From contig OX597815.1 of the NCBI GenBank assembly GCA_951406725.2, positions 44,764,001 to 44,828,000 of the forward strand: a stretch of 64,000 nt of DNA, given 5' to 3'. Shown in pieces: positions 26,782 to 40,379 of the stretch (position 1 is the first letter of the stretch; each line of letters begins with the position of its first letter). A program made the translations under genes and the position numbers. The stretch is from Octopus vulgaris. Taxonomy: Eukaryota. The notes below the pieces were generated by a model. The model was not told the DNA's origin and searched no databases. It saw nothing but the letters and a program-made list of their open reading frames with translations.

Positions 26782-28838
26782 CCATTATTATTCTTATTAT
26801 TACCATACACACGCACGCATACAAACACGCGCGCGTGCGCACACACATTCACACATATGGTTTCTGTGTACATGTGTAAACAGACTGTTTTACGGAGATA
26901 TAAACCAAACGCGAAATTTGAAAGACACAAAAAAAAAAAACATGAAACCAAGAAGAGCCGATATTTCTGTCGTCGATGCCTCGGTACACTATTTTCATAC
27001 CAGCCATTCTCAAACTCAACGAATTTAATTTGCAAAATGAAATACAGTGAAAATTTAGTAAAAACAGAACATTACAAAAACCAAAAAGATTAATTTAACA
27101 GCTTCTAATTTAAGTTTGTTATTAGTGTATGCAAAAAAATATGAAATTTAGGACGGAGAACATTACAATTTAAATTTTCTAAAAATACAATTAGCTTTAT
27201 TTCTGATGTTAACGACTGAACATATAAATCAATATTTGGCAACAATTGCGATAAAGAAAATAAATATAAATATAATATTGAATAAATAGCTCTGTTCCAG
27301 AAAACAATATTCAATCATTGATAAATAGGTGCTACTTTACCGTGTAGTCTATAGAAGCATCCGTAATCTACGCTGTGAAGTGACCTGATTTGTCTACTGA
27401 GATCTCAGCTGGTTCTGTGACCTTTCATGGTATGAATTTATTACTTGCAGACTGAGCTTCTGTGAAATTTTTGAGCTGGTGTTCTATTCGTGTAATAGAA
27501 ATAACCACGAATACAGCACTGACTCTACCAGGAAAATCTTCTAGTACGATAACCTGTTGCTGAAATGTGCAGGTAGACCGCACGCTAAAGTGTTAATAGA
27601 CCATGTAGACCCGCATGCTAAAATGGCACCGATAAATCACAAATGACTCCCTAGTGTTTGATGATATTTTGCTAATTTAAACAGATTAGGTTCGATTACA
27701 CATCTGAAATTTCCTTCACTGTTTAGCTATCAGTTGTAACTTTTCCCTACCAGAAATGAGGAAGGAAATTGTAACAGCAACAGCAATTTTACTTCCTTCC
27801 AAAGACGGAAATATTTATTTTGTTTTGTCGCTGATAACAAACTGGTCTGCACATATCTTGATCCGGACAAAGATTTTTCAAAAATGCATTTAGAATATAA
27901 GTATTATTTGTATCTGGTTAATATTGCACTACTAATAAGGCGGCGTGCTGGGAGATTCGTTAAGCGCGCAGGACAAAACTTTTAGCGGTATTTCTTAACG
28001 TTCTTAACGTTCTGTGTTCAACTACCGTCGAATTAAATTCTCAAGTTAATTTTTAATGAGCTAGAAAATCACTAATAAGAGATAAAAGTGGTGACTACTC
28101 TAAGAAGTAATTTTTATCGCCACTTCAACTTAGCTGTTCCGTAGGAACTGATGTTACTATCATTTTAACTCCAGCAGTACGCCTCCTCCAGTTGGTTATT
28201 CGTTGCAATCAGCACTTGATACATATATTGCAAACAGGGGAGAGAACCCCTACCATCTTCCAGAGAAGGAACACCAGACGGTACGGTTTCGAGCTCTTTG
28301 TGCTCACATATGTGTATGTGTGAGTGTGTGTGTTGTGTGTGTGTATTATGTATGTATTTTGTCTGCTGAAATTCTATATCTGTGCAGCTGAAGATAGCAC
28401 TGCATTTAAAATTGATGTAATGATAGCATTGTTCAATTAAATGGAGTCGGTTGAAACGGTCGTACTGCATTTCTTATATGAAATCCTGTTTCTTATTTTG
28501 ATTTTCTTTACCCTACTTCGAGCTGTGCGGATAATACCGGACTGACTTGGTGCTTCAACTTAAGTGCCTAATTCAGCTGAATCTTAATTACTTCTTGTGT
28601 GTGTGTGTGTGTGTGTGTGTAATCACAGAGTGGCTATAAAAGAATGTGCGTAGTATTATATTAAGTAATATGTTCAAAATTATATGGAACTAAAACGAAT
28701 AGAACAAACGGAAAATATACACGTAGAATGTCGCTAAATCCTCATCAATTATCGTCGAAAGGATCGTAACAATTACACAACTCGAACAATAACTAACTTA
28801 GCGACATTCTATGAGTATATTTTCCGTTTGTTCTGTTT

Positions 28839-28943
28839 GTATTGCTTCGGCAATACATATACTAAAATTGGAACGATACAGAGATATTAGCATGGCCCCT
28901 GCACAAGGATGACACGCAAATTCGTGAAGCGCTCCATATATTT
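28839..28943 (+). pseudogene. U6: U6 snRNA copy, full length, probably a retropseudogene
   Basis: GTATTGCTTCGGCAATACATATACTAAAATTGGAACGATACAGAGATATTAGCATGGCCCCTGCACAAGGATGACACGCAAATTCGTGAAGCGCTCCATATATTT closely matches conserved metazoan U6. Altered just after the ACAGAGA box; no clear TATA near -30. Confidence 0.9.
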
Positions 28944-28944
28944 C

Positions 28945-29310
28945 TAAGCGCAGGAATGGATGTGTCGTAAGAGGCTTGGTTCCAGGTTCAGTCCCAGTGC
29001 GCAGCACCTCCAGCAAATATCTTCTACTATAGCCTCGGTCCGACCAAAGCCCTGTGAGTGGATTTGGTAGATGGAAGCTGAAAGAAGCCCGTCGTATATA
29101 TTTATCTCTGGGATTGTCCCCACCCCACATCACTTGACAATCGATGTTGGTGTGTTTACGTCCCTGTCACTTAGTGGTTCGGCAAAAGAACCGATAGAAT
29201 AAGTACTAGGCTTACAAAGAATAAGAGTCCTGGAGTCGATTTGTTCGACTAAAGGCGGTGCCCCAGCATGGCTGCAGTCAAGTGACTGAAACAAGTGAAA
29301 GAATAAAAGA
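28945..29310 (+). mobile_element. SINE family C directly downstream of U6
   Basis: Head AAGCGCAGGAATGGATGTGTCGTAAG to tail TGACTGAAACAAGTGAAAGAATAAAAGA; matches 58591-58990. Confidence 0.8.
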
Positions 29311-29358
29311 TTATTGTGTGTGCGTGCGTATGCTAGCGTGTGTGTGCGTGCGTATGCT

Positions 29359-29417
<59 letters not shown>

Positions 29418-30828
29418 AGTGATGACAACAAATGGCAATTGTTTTCAGAAATCCGAGAAGTCGCCGACGTATACTTGAACTTACTTTCTCTTTCCAGCTG
29501 CACTGATACTTCACCCTAAGCACCGTAGCACACAAACAGTTTATTTAGCTCGAGAAAAATATCATTTACCAATTTTGATTCATAATATGCAGTATATTTT
29601 ATTCCTTAACCTTAACTATTCCTTAAATCTTATCGACGAAGTACAACACCATGATTCTAACGATCATAGGGGAGACCTTGAAGCTCAGCCTGACGGCTAT
29701 ATATAGAGGTTAATTTCTCATTTTGAAAGGGAACTGGTTATTTAGGATTGTCATGTTTTGATATAGCAATTACATATAATTCTTCAAATTGGACGTTCTG
29801 TCACGATCAATTAAATGTCAAAATATGCCACTTAATATATTCATACATAAAGTGACGTAAAGTGACACATCTATCTTCGTTTATCACGGATGTTTGGTTC
29901 CAAAAATACACAATGATGAATAAATGAGAGGCAAATTGCTTCGTAAATGGATCAAATGATAGAATCATTGGCACAAAACTTGAAGCCTACGTCAGCGAAG
30001 CTTCCACCGTCATGTATTGTCTTGATCATCTCTACCTTTTCTAGTAGAGAACACAATTGTCTTCGTCGTTTGATAGGATCACGTACCTTATTATTTTTCC
30101 TGTTCACTGGTCTCCTCATGATGGGTAAGAATTATGTAAATCTGAATAAAAAGTATGCAACTTCACGGCAGAGTTATATAAATACAAACCATTGTCAATA
30201 CCATCCGGGAAGCTGGTTATTGTAGGTGATCACTGGGAAGCGTTTTGCAGTAGTAGAAACAGAATCTTTGACTGGTCAACCCATGTTATAACAGATCAAT
30301 TCGTGATAAGTATAACACGGTTCACAATAAATCATACCGCATTATCTCGTGATGAACGAATCCGCGATAAACAAAGTTACATGTACTCACGCTTCGGAAG
30401 AAGCAAAGAGAGGAAGCAAACTTTACGTTTATAACAGCGATTCTTTTATTACGCTGAGCCAATGTATATTTGAGCAGAGGTGCAAGTTTCTATTCAAGTT
30501 TAAATTTTTCAGTTTCTTCCGTTAAAAACTGAAATTTTGCGATACACCTAAATCTATAATAAAACATACATAGAAAAAAAATTGAAACTAAAGCTACAAC
30601 TTGAACCTGAGACTGAGTCAATGAAAGCTAAAAATATACATTCGAAACAGAGATCCTACTTCAGCTCTATATTCAATTTTAATTTCGAATATTGTTAGTA
30701 ATATTTTTCCTGCCCCCTACTTTTTGGTTAATACTGTCAATTCGAAATTAAAATTTTAAAAATTAAAAGAAATTGTATGTAAAAAACATGTTGTCATAAC
30801 AACAGTCATATTGTCCAATCATAGGATA

Positions 30829-31036
30829 TTCATTTCTACTCTAGGAACAAGGCCCGAAATGTTGGTGGCGCGGCCAGTCGATTAGATTGACCCTAGTACG
30901 CAACTGAAACTTAATTTATCGACTCCGAAACGATAAAAGACGTTCTCGGTGGAATTTAAACTCGAAACGCAGCGGCGGACGAATATACCAGGACGCATTT
31001 CGCCCGGCGTGCTAACGTTTCTGCCAGCTCACCGGC
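30829..31036 (-). mobile_element. SINE family B, degenerate
   Basis: Reverse-complement match to 19872-20103. Confidence 0.65.
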
Positions 31037-31113
31037 TTCAAAATCTTCCTATATTAAAAATGATTAATAGTATTTTCTCCAGGACCTTCCCCAGTCTGTG
31101 GTACCTGAGGGTG

Positions 31114-31172
<59 letters not shown>

Positions 31173-31263
31173 TAGATACATACATATATATATATATGTA
31201 TATATATATGTATGTATATATATATATATACATACATTTATATATATATGTATGTATGTATGT

Positions 31264-31317
<54 letters not shown>

Positions 31318-31318
31318 G

Positions 31319-31367
<49 letters not shown>

Positions 31368-31496
31368 CAATAATAACAACCAATTAACTCCCTTTATTTA
31401 TCTTCTTGTGAAGTCATTCACTCGTGAATTTCATCACACACAACATGGACCAAATTTCTTCTTAAGAAAAAAATAAATTCAAATAAATAAGCCATA

Positions 31497-31531
31497 ATAT
31501 CATGAATAGCGATAGCGAAACCGGTCGATAT
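31497..31531 (+). ncRNA. decayed minimal hammerhead motif
   Basis: ATATC-ATGAATA-GC-gata-GC-GAAA-CCGG-TC-GATAT. Stem I and ACCGGT palindrome intact; two core substitutions. Confidence 0.35.
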
Positions 31532-31773
31532 ATTAAAAATTATATTAAAACTATGTAAGTTTGCGTATTTTCCTTTTTTAATTTCTTACATACATTACAA
31601 CTCAACACGTGGGGATAATCGAAATTCGTCTTTTCTGTTACTACTGTGTATGTATATATATATATATATATATATAGTCAATAATAATAAAAGGGTAAAA
31701 CTAATTAATTATTAATTAATTTTACCAAGTAGTGTTCAGTATGTAAAAAGACCATTTACGGTATATTTGAAAC

Positions 31774-32278
31774 ATTACGTTATAAAAATAGGGTTCAGTA
31801 AAATAATTTACTTTACCACACACGGCACTTTTTAGAAATAGCAGCCAAAAATCTTAGCTATTTCTTCTACTGTAAGAAAAATCTCCCAGACAATGCATAC
31901 TCAAAAATGGGGATGAATGCGAGGCCTCACTTGTATTTTTGAATTCGTTGGTACTGGGGGTCGGATATGGTTTGTCTGGGATTACTCATACCAGACGGGT
32001 ATGTTCGATTTTTAGTGCTCTCAAATCCAAACCATGAGAAATCTCTGAGCTGACGAAGGAAATGTTGATCTTTATATTCAACTAATCCAGAAACGGGCCG
32101 TTCTCAGGTAATCTTATATACGTGTGATCTTTCGTTATTTTTTGAGTATTTTTGAGTATGCATTGTCTGGGAGATTTTTCTTACAGTAGAAGAAATAGCT
32201 AAGATTCTTGGCTGCTATTTCTAAAAAGTTCGCTGTGTGGTAAAGTAAATTATTTTACTGAACACTATTTTTATAACG

Positions 32279-32282
<4 letters not shown>
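31774..32282. mobile_element. fold-back module with ~135-bp inverted arms enclosing a hammerhead
   Basis: Arms 31774-31908 and 32148-32282 are near-perfect reverse complements; ends in (TA)n. Confidence 0.7.
32045..32107 (+). ncRNA. type I hammerhead ribozyme motif with extended stem II
   Basis: CTGAG-CTGACGA-A-GGA-aat-GTTGA-tctttatat-TCAAC-taa-TCC-A-GAAA-CGG-g-CCG-TT-CTCAG. Confidence 0.7.
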
Positions 32283-32322
<40 letters not shown>

Positions 32323-32714
32323 TAATACACTGTTAAAGATGCAAAATATATAATTAGATAACTGGATATAGAGAGAGATAGACAAATACATATATGTAAA
32401 ATAAATTCCTAAGTAAATATTATGTATCATACCGTTTTAGCAAGGTAGTGTTTACACACAAACACATGTACACACACACACACACACACACATTTAAATA
32501 CATATGTATATAAATATATCCGTACATGTATAGGTATGTATGAAACATGCATACAATGTTAGGTATTTAATATACAGTTCTATGAATGTACGCATGCTTA
32601 TATGTGTATATATATACATATATGGGTGACTGTATCTGTATATGTGCGCGTGCATGAACTCACGATGATAACGATGTATATACATACATACACACATATG
32701 CATATACAAGTCAC

Positions 32715-32753
<39 letters not shown>

Positions 32754-33427
32754 GGTGTATATATATATATATAATATAATATGATATAATATAATATAAT
32801 ATAATATACACACACACGAACATATATATTCGCCCATATATAAAGGCTTACCAGGAGTACCTGTTTGAAAGACCTGTCCTAGTACCCGTCTAGTTACCAA
32901 ATTCTGTCCCGCTTGACGCTGAAATATCCGTTTATGCATCAAGAAACTAAAACTTAAAATATTGAGATCGGCAACGTATCCCAATTCTAGCGTACACAAG
33001 TAAGACACAAGCTAATGAACATATGCATATTGTAGCTCAGTCTAATTTGTGCGCTGTCAGAGGTGTGCTGATTCGTATGTTTTAGCCACATTTTTATACT
33101 ACTCTCATGTCAAAATGATTAAGGTATTGTAATGAGGTTGGAAAACCATAAAATTTTATTAATTATATAACATATTCTAACTCCCGGGAGTAAGCCTTTT
33201 TGAATGCTGCAAGGCCAAGGATAAGCAAAATATCCTTAAATAAAGTTATTTTGTAAGTGAAAGTTACCTTGATTATTCCTCGACTTGCAAGGTTAAAATC
33301 GATTTATTGCCGAGATTCAGATAATGTAATATAGTTAATATAATGTTATGGTTTTCTTGTGTTATTTGAAATAATATAATGTTAATATAATGTTATGGTT
33401 TTCTTGCGTTATTTGAAATAAATGATC

Positions 33428-33639
33428 ATTTCTACGAAAGGCACAAGGCCTGAAATTTGTGGGGAGGGAACTAGTTGATTATATCGACCCCAGTGTTTAA
33501 CTGGTATTTAATTTATCGACTCCGAAAGGATGAACGGCAAAGTCGAATACGGCGGAATTTGAACTCAGAACGTAGCGACAGGCGAAATATCGCTAAGCAT
33601 TTCGTCCAGCGTGCTAACGATTCTGCCAGCTCGCCGCCT
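33428..33639 (-). mobile_element. SINE family B
   Basis: Reverse-complement match to 19872-20103 and 26570-26781. Confidence 0.78.
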
Positions 33640-33804
33640 TTTTATTTTAAATAAATAAGGAACAGGAAAATTAAGCATACTCCCGCTTTAACGGTTGAAG
33701 AGATAAGGATGCATATTGCACACAAAAGAAGTATTCATACCTGTGATACCTATGGAAGTTTGTCCTGGTTTGAGCTTGGAGAATTATGGTAAGTCTATGG
33801 GATG

Positions 33805-34182
33805 GAAGCACTCCGTCGGTTACGACGACGAGGGTTCCGGTTGATCCGATCAACAGAACAGCCTGCTCGTGAAATTAACGTGTAAGTGGCTGAGCACTCC
33901 ACAGACACGTGTACCCTTAACGTAGTTCTCGGGGATATTTAGCGTGACACAGAGAGTGACAAGGCCGGCCCTTTGAAATACAGGTACAACAGAAACAGGA
34001 AGAAAAAGTGAGAGAAAGTTGTGGTGAAAGAGTACAGCAGGGATCACCACCATCCCTGCCGGAGCCTCGTGGAGCTTTAGGTGTTTTCGCTCAATAAACA
34101 CTCACAACGCCCGGTCTGGGAATCGAAACCGCGATCCTACGACCGTGAGTCCGCTGCCCTAACCACTGGGCCATTGCGCCTC
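33805..34182 (-). mobile_element. SINE family A variant
   Basis: Minus-strand head GGAGGCGCAATGGCCCAGTGGTTAGGG...GGTTTCGATTCCCAG; 3' body shared with family A. Confidence 0.78.
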
Positions 34183-35146
34183 CAGTCTATATATACATAG
34201 GTACATACATTCATTCATTTATTCATTCAAACGTACATAAATACATATATACATACGTGTATATATGTATATAGGTATATGAATAAATATATATGTGCGT
34301 GTGTGTATGTATGCGCGGGTGTGTGTATCAATGGAGCTAAACAAACAGATATATTTATGCATGCACATGCACACACACATATGCGTATGTGTGTATATAT
34401 ATATATGGAGAGTGCATGCAGAGAGATTTATCCATAATATATAACATGACAAAAGTTCGTTGCATGTGTGTGTGTGTGTGTTTGTGTTTGTGTGTGTGTG
34501 TGTATGTGTGTGTGTATGTGTGTGTTTAATTTCATGCATGTGCGACTAATCTTAATCTTGTGTTTGTATATTAGATAGTGTTATATCATTTCTTTTTGAT
34601 CAGGACTAAAGCACTATAGATACCTCATTTCTTCTCTACGTGCCTAAAAAATCTTGCTTATTCATCCGGAGGTGGGAATCCAGGCATTGACTCCAAGCAG
34701 TATTTCCCATATAATTTGCCAGGTGGCATAGGTCCCAATTTAGCAGGTTTATTATTAAATCGTGAGACTTCGTAAGATAAAAAAATAAAACATTAACACG
34801 TGTTGTCAATTGAAAAGCTTTAAACATTTTCATACGCTTAAATAATACATTCCGTAAGTATAAATTGTGTTTGTTTATATTAACAATTCTATGAAGCATG
34901 CCAATGAGTTTGAATAAATGCATTATACATTACATTCTCACTACCAGTTTGATAAACAATGTCAGTGATTGTCAGTTTGTGTATGTATATGAGTAGATAA
35001 ATGTGTGTATTTTAGTTCTGTGTCTTTAGTTGTGAGTGTTTGTGTTTGATTGTATAGTTAGTTATTTTCTCATAATGAAAAATAAATCTTGTTTTCCAAC
35101 ATACTTGTTCTTTTTCTGTGACAGATTAAATTTAGAACGTTTTCCT

Positions 35147-36184
35147 TTAGTTATTTTCATCATCTTCAGTGCAATCGATTTGACTAGAGTTTGTAGATAT
35201 GTTCTTGCGCACTAATCCATAAACTATGCGCTTGACCTGAATTCGAAATTCTTTGTTACAGAACCCATAGACAACTGGATTCATGGTGCAATTAAGAATC
35301 CACAAACGTGAACACACTCGTCTGATCGTTTCTTCGATTGTAAAATTCTTGCTTTCCACATCTTTCGGTATTAAAGACAAAATACAGAAAGGAGAGAAAC
35401 TAAGTGCGAACAATGCAGTTATAGAAATTACTGTTCGATTTATCCGATGAAGTTTTCTGATATTTTTTCGTTTATCTTTATCCAGTTTAGATTCGTCGGG
35501 CATGTCTAAACGAAGAAAGTGGCGTCGTGCAGTACGCCAAACTAAACAATAAAGAACGAAATTTACGATGAGATCTAACGAATAGCCAAGAAAAACGGCT
35601 GCAAAATAGATTCTCCAACTAACTGATGATTTAAATTCACAAGTACTTACGTTTAACTTATATTCAAAGTCTGGTGCGTCAATCCTTATTGCCCAAATAA
35701 CTGGCAAGGAGAATGCAAGTGAGCAAAAATTGATTACAAATGTCAGGATTCTTCCTTGGAATTTAGAGAACTGAAATTTGGTGGGACGGCAAACTTTCTG
35801 GTAACGTTCAAGAGCGATGGCAAGTAACATTAATGAAGATCCAATGCAACAAAAGAATACAGAAAGTCTTTGAAATTTACAAATCAATTTAGATGGATGC
35901 ATAACTGGTAAGAATAAATCAATCAGCTCAAAATTGATGCCGATTAAACAGCATATCAAATCGAAGAATGCAAGACTGCTGATGAATAAATTCAAGTTCG
36001 AATAACGCAAGCAACAAAGATAAATATAAATCACAGCGCAGTTACCCAGTATTCCAATCGGAAAAAGAAGACAGATAAAAACAATTGCTGGTTGATTCAT
36101 GAGAAATATTTTTTCGTTGAGAATTTCCAAAGTCATATTTTCGTTGGAACTTGTTTCTAGAAGATGGCGAATGATTGCGTCCAT
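35147..36184 (-). CDS. class A (rhodopsin-like) orphan GPCR, 345 aa, uninterrupted ORF; paralog of 5554-6549
   Basis: GILGN, LAFFD, ICKF, ERY, SFSP, NPVVY and EFR motifs; seven hydrophobic segments; in-frame upstream stop at 36341-36343. Confidence 0.94.
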   Translation of the reverse strand: MDAIIRHLLETSSNENMTLEILNEKIFLMNQPAIVFICLLFPIGILGNCAVIYIYLCCLRYSNLNLFISSLAFFDLICCLIGINFELIDLFLPVMHPSKLICKFQRLSVFFCCIGSSLMLLAIALERYQKVCRPTKFQFSKFQGRILTFVINFCSLAFSLPVIWAIRIDAPDFEYKLNVSTCEFKSSVSWRIYFAAVFLGYSLDLIVNFVLYCLVWRTARRHFLRLDMPDESKLDKDKRKNIRKLHRINRTVISITALFALSFSPFCILSLIPKDVESKNFTIEETIRRVCSRLWILNCTMNPVVYGFCNKEFRIQVKRIVYGLVRKNISTNSSQIDCTEDDENN

Positions 36185-36208
36185 TTTTCTAATTGATATT
36201 GCAGCAGA

Positions 36209-36270
36209 TGTTGTTGTTGTTGTTATTGTTATTGTAGTGGTGGTGGTGGTGGTGGTGGTGGTGGTGGTGG

Positions 36271-36331
<61 letters not shown>
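36209..36331 (-). repeat. compound triplet repeat (AGC)20(ACC)11(ACA)n in the GPCR leader
   Basis: Read directly; ends ~24 nt upstream of the ATG at 36184. Confidence 0.9.
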
Positions 36332-36774
36332 AGTTGCTGGTTATATCAATAATGTTATTGATGTTAATATTCTCAGGAAACAGGCACAGGGTCAAGAAGC
36401 ACTTCTTGATTTTGTTGGCGTCGTCATTAATAGAATAGATTTTGCTGGAGTAACGGGTCACTCATAGTTTCTCGATGACAATGCTGATGTCAGGCCTGAT
36501 ATTCTTGTTTACGACTCGGTTTCTTTATTTCAAATACGAAAGGATTAACACCTCTCTTATCCTCCTCCAACGCCTCTTAGTCATAATTTCTTTTCTCTCC
36601 ACTTTTTCTATGAGTAAGCCATACACTTTTACCTTTGGAAGGTTTGTCAGTTCCTGTATAGCACAGCTTAAACGTTATATGTTTTTGTTTCATTCGTTGA
36701 CATGGATGTGAATGTGTTCGGAAATGACAGCAGTTATGTATGTACTTGTGCACGTGATAGCCATATACACCATG

Positions 36775-36800
36775 CTGGAGAAAGAGGAAATGAAAACAAT
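36775..36800 (-). promoter_or_regulatory. probable 3' splice acceptor of a 5'UTR intron of the minus-strand GPCR
   Basis: Minus strand ATTGTTTTCATTTCCTCTTTCTCCAG|CATGG: long polypyrimidine tract plus CAG. Confidence 0.5.
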
Positions 36801-38562
36801 ATACATTTATTGCTAGCTTTTACAAATCTACTTGTCTTATTTTTCATAGAATTTTAGGTAATGATGAAGCAAAAATACAATCGCTACTTATCAAAAAAGA
36901 AAATGTAGTTAATGTTTTGATGTAACACTGCAACTGATCAAACGGGGCAAAAATGTATTTTTACTTTACGTTTTTTTTTTCTATTCTTCCATATAATTGC
37001 ATAATGTTATCAACGAGTTGATAACAATATGCAGTTATAATGCCCCAGCATGGCCACAGCTCGTGAGCTGAAACTAGATAAAAAAAAAATTTTTTTTTAA
37101 ATGAAAAATGCTCAAGCTAAAATGCATTTTAAAAAATTAAAGAACATGAATTTTAACGAAGTAAATATATTATACCTTATGGTAAATTCAAAAGGTGAAT
37201 ACATGGTTTTGGTTATCATTTCTCTTTCCTTCTGTAGATAGTGGGAAGCATATTTTATAGTTAATCCAATAGAATTATCGGTACAGAACTTCTCAAGGAA
37301 CAGAGAATAAACAACCGTGATTAGTTGCCTATAAGCAAAGCAACGAGATGAGAAAACTGTGTTGAATACAATATCTATATCATCACTGAAGTATGTTGAC
37401 CTCTTAAATTTCGGGAAACAATAATCAAAATGAAGTTTCAAAAATGATTATGTGCCAAGCCTAATGGAAGCTACACGAATCTTTTCGTTGGATGACAACA
37501 TCCTGTTTACTATTAAATTAATTCGTCTATGTGTGTGCGTGCGTAATTATGATATATATATATCCTTTCTAGCATGCATTGTTTTATAACAGCACAAGAA
37601 AAGGATCAAGTTACTAAAGAAAGATTTCTGCGACACTTTTCGATTCCTTATTTCAGTTATATCACTTTACGTTGTCAATATATTTCAGCAAAATTTGAAA
37701 ATTTCAACTTTTCTTTTCTGTTTACGTAAAGACAACAGGGTGTACCTGTCTAAAGATGAAAAAAATTACTCAATTGAACACTTTAGTGCTTACAGAATCA
37801 TTAGGACAGTATTATACTTACGGTACTTCTTTACGGACCTTTGTGTTCTGTGTTCAAATCTCACGGAAGACAGTTTTTCCTGTCATGGTTTGGATGTCGA
37901 TAAAACAGAGTACAAGACAAATACGAAGGACGTTACATAACAGTATACCCAGATTTTAGATCTTGTTCCAATGTTAGAAATCAACTAAATATGTATAATT
38001 TTTACTAAACAGTACATATATAAACAGGCATTCTAACACACACAACTACACACTGTCACAGATAAGTATAAATATGTGCATTTGTTTGTGTATTATGGTC
38101 TTATGATATTCATGTATTAACAGATGCATATTTGTGCAATATAGTTCATATCTAGTTCACGTTGCCATGAATTAATATATATATGTATGCGTGTTTATAG
38201 GTAGGTACACGTGCACTTGTGTGTGTGTGAATGTACATATACATATATATTTAATCTGCAGACATCTCTAAATTGTGCATATATATATATGCGTGTGAGT
38301 GTACGTGCGCGCGCGTGTGTGTGTGCGCGCGTATGTGTCTATGTATATACGTGTGTGCGTGTGTGTGTGTATACGTGCATCTTTGCGTGTTTTGTTTTTT
38401 TTTGTCTAGGCAGGCAAACCTACATCGTCAGGGATTGTCTGTTTACTACGTTCACGCAGGTCATAAAGATCAGTTATCATTGCTGGCCAGACGTTGAGGT
38501 CGAAACAACATAGACGAAACACACATCAAGCACATCATACACACACATCAAGCACGTACATC

Positions 38563-38597
<35 letters not shown>

Positions 38598-39446
38598 ATA
38601 CATACATACATTCATACATACACATAGATAGATAGACAGCCGTACGTGATACCTTCCCAATTAATGATAAATGATTGAAACAGTGACAACTTATTTCCAA
38701 AACAAGAGCGAGTTGTTAATGTCGACTATAAACTTAAAGCTAACGTTTCACTCCCATGGTTCATCAACGAATTTACTGAATGCATACACCCTGACTGACG
38801 TCATGTCTGCAGGCATCGCCTCCCACACAGATATATTTAATCATCAAAGATGTATGTATTACTTTAATGTGTGTTTCTTTAGATAATACACGTATTCCAA
38901 CTGAAATATGTACAAACCTGGGGCAAACTAAAATTTAACACTTTTATGCTTGGTTCCATCATTGACCTTGACGCGGCCTCCGTCTACAATGATTTCTGTT
39001 GATTATATCAACCCAAGTATTTTAACAGTTACAAACATATTTCAACTTGCATATTTCGAGTTACGTCTTTCTTGACTTTAGTCGATTTATCCATCTTTAC
39101 GTCAGTCTCAGCGAACATATTTAAAAGCATTTTTTTTTTAAAGAAAAGGAAACCAAAAAAAAAAAAATAATAATAATCCTGAAATGTTAAATCAAACAAA
39201 ATACACATAGAAATATGTACGAGCTATATATTAAAACGGATATACGTTAAGTTTTTTAAATGATTTCTCGTAATACATCGTTTTTCGACTTAAGTTTCCT
39301 CTCCTGGAATTTGTTTTCGTATGTTGTTTACTGTTGGTAACGTCCTGTACCCATATATGCATGTGTATGTATTTATATATATGTATGTGTGTGTGTGTGT
39401 GTGTGTGTATTATTTGATTGAACGGCAAGCATCCATTTCCAAGTAA

Positions 39447-39490
<44 letters not shown>

Positions 39491-39745
39491 ATGTATGTGT
39501 GTGTGTGTGTGCGCGTGTGTGTGTGTGTATGTGTTTGTGTGTGTGTGTACTGGTGTCTGTTTTCATCCCCTTCATTTACTGCTTGACAACTGGTGTTAGT
39601 GTGTTTACATTCTCGTGAGAAGAGTAAACCAAATACAAGACCTTAAAAATAAGTACTGGAGTCGATTCCTTCATCTAAAAAAAAAAGATTCTTCATGGCA
39701 TGAATACAGCATAACCTTAGTCTAATGACTGAAACAAGCAAAACG

Positions 39746-39782
<37 letters not shown>

Positions 39783-39831
39783 ATACACACGCACACACAA
39801 ACAAACACACATACACACACACACACACATA

Positions 39832-40185
<354 letters not shown>

Positions 40186-40379
40186 GAAAGGTAGTAGTCC
40201 TGTCGCATTTTTGTACGTCTTCAATATTTATGGTAAAATAAGCATTTATTTTTACCGTCTAATGTTTTTTTTTATTTCTTTGCAGATTAGTAGGTCAATT
40301 CGTATCGATTTTACCTTTTTTAAAATATGTTTTGATCAGACCCACTGTGCGCTGTATGAATGAATTCAATATTCATTCT

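Noticed and set aside
36099-36467. 122-aa plus-strand hydrophobic ORF
   Set aside because: Antisense reading of the GPCR start and its triplet repeat.
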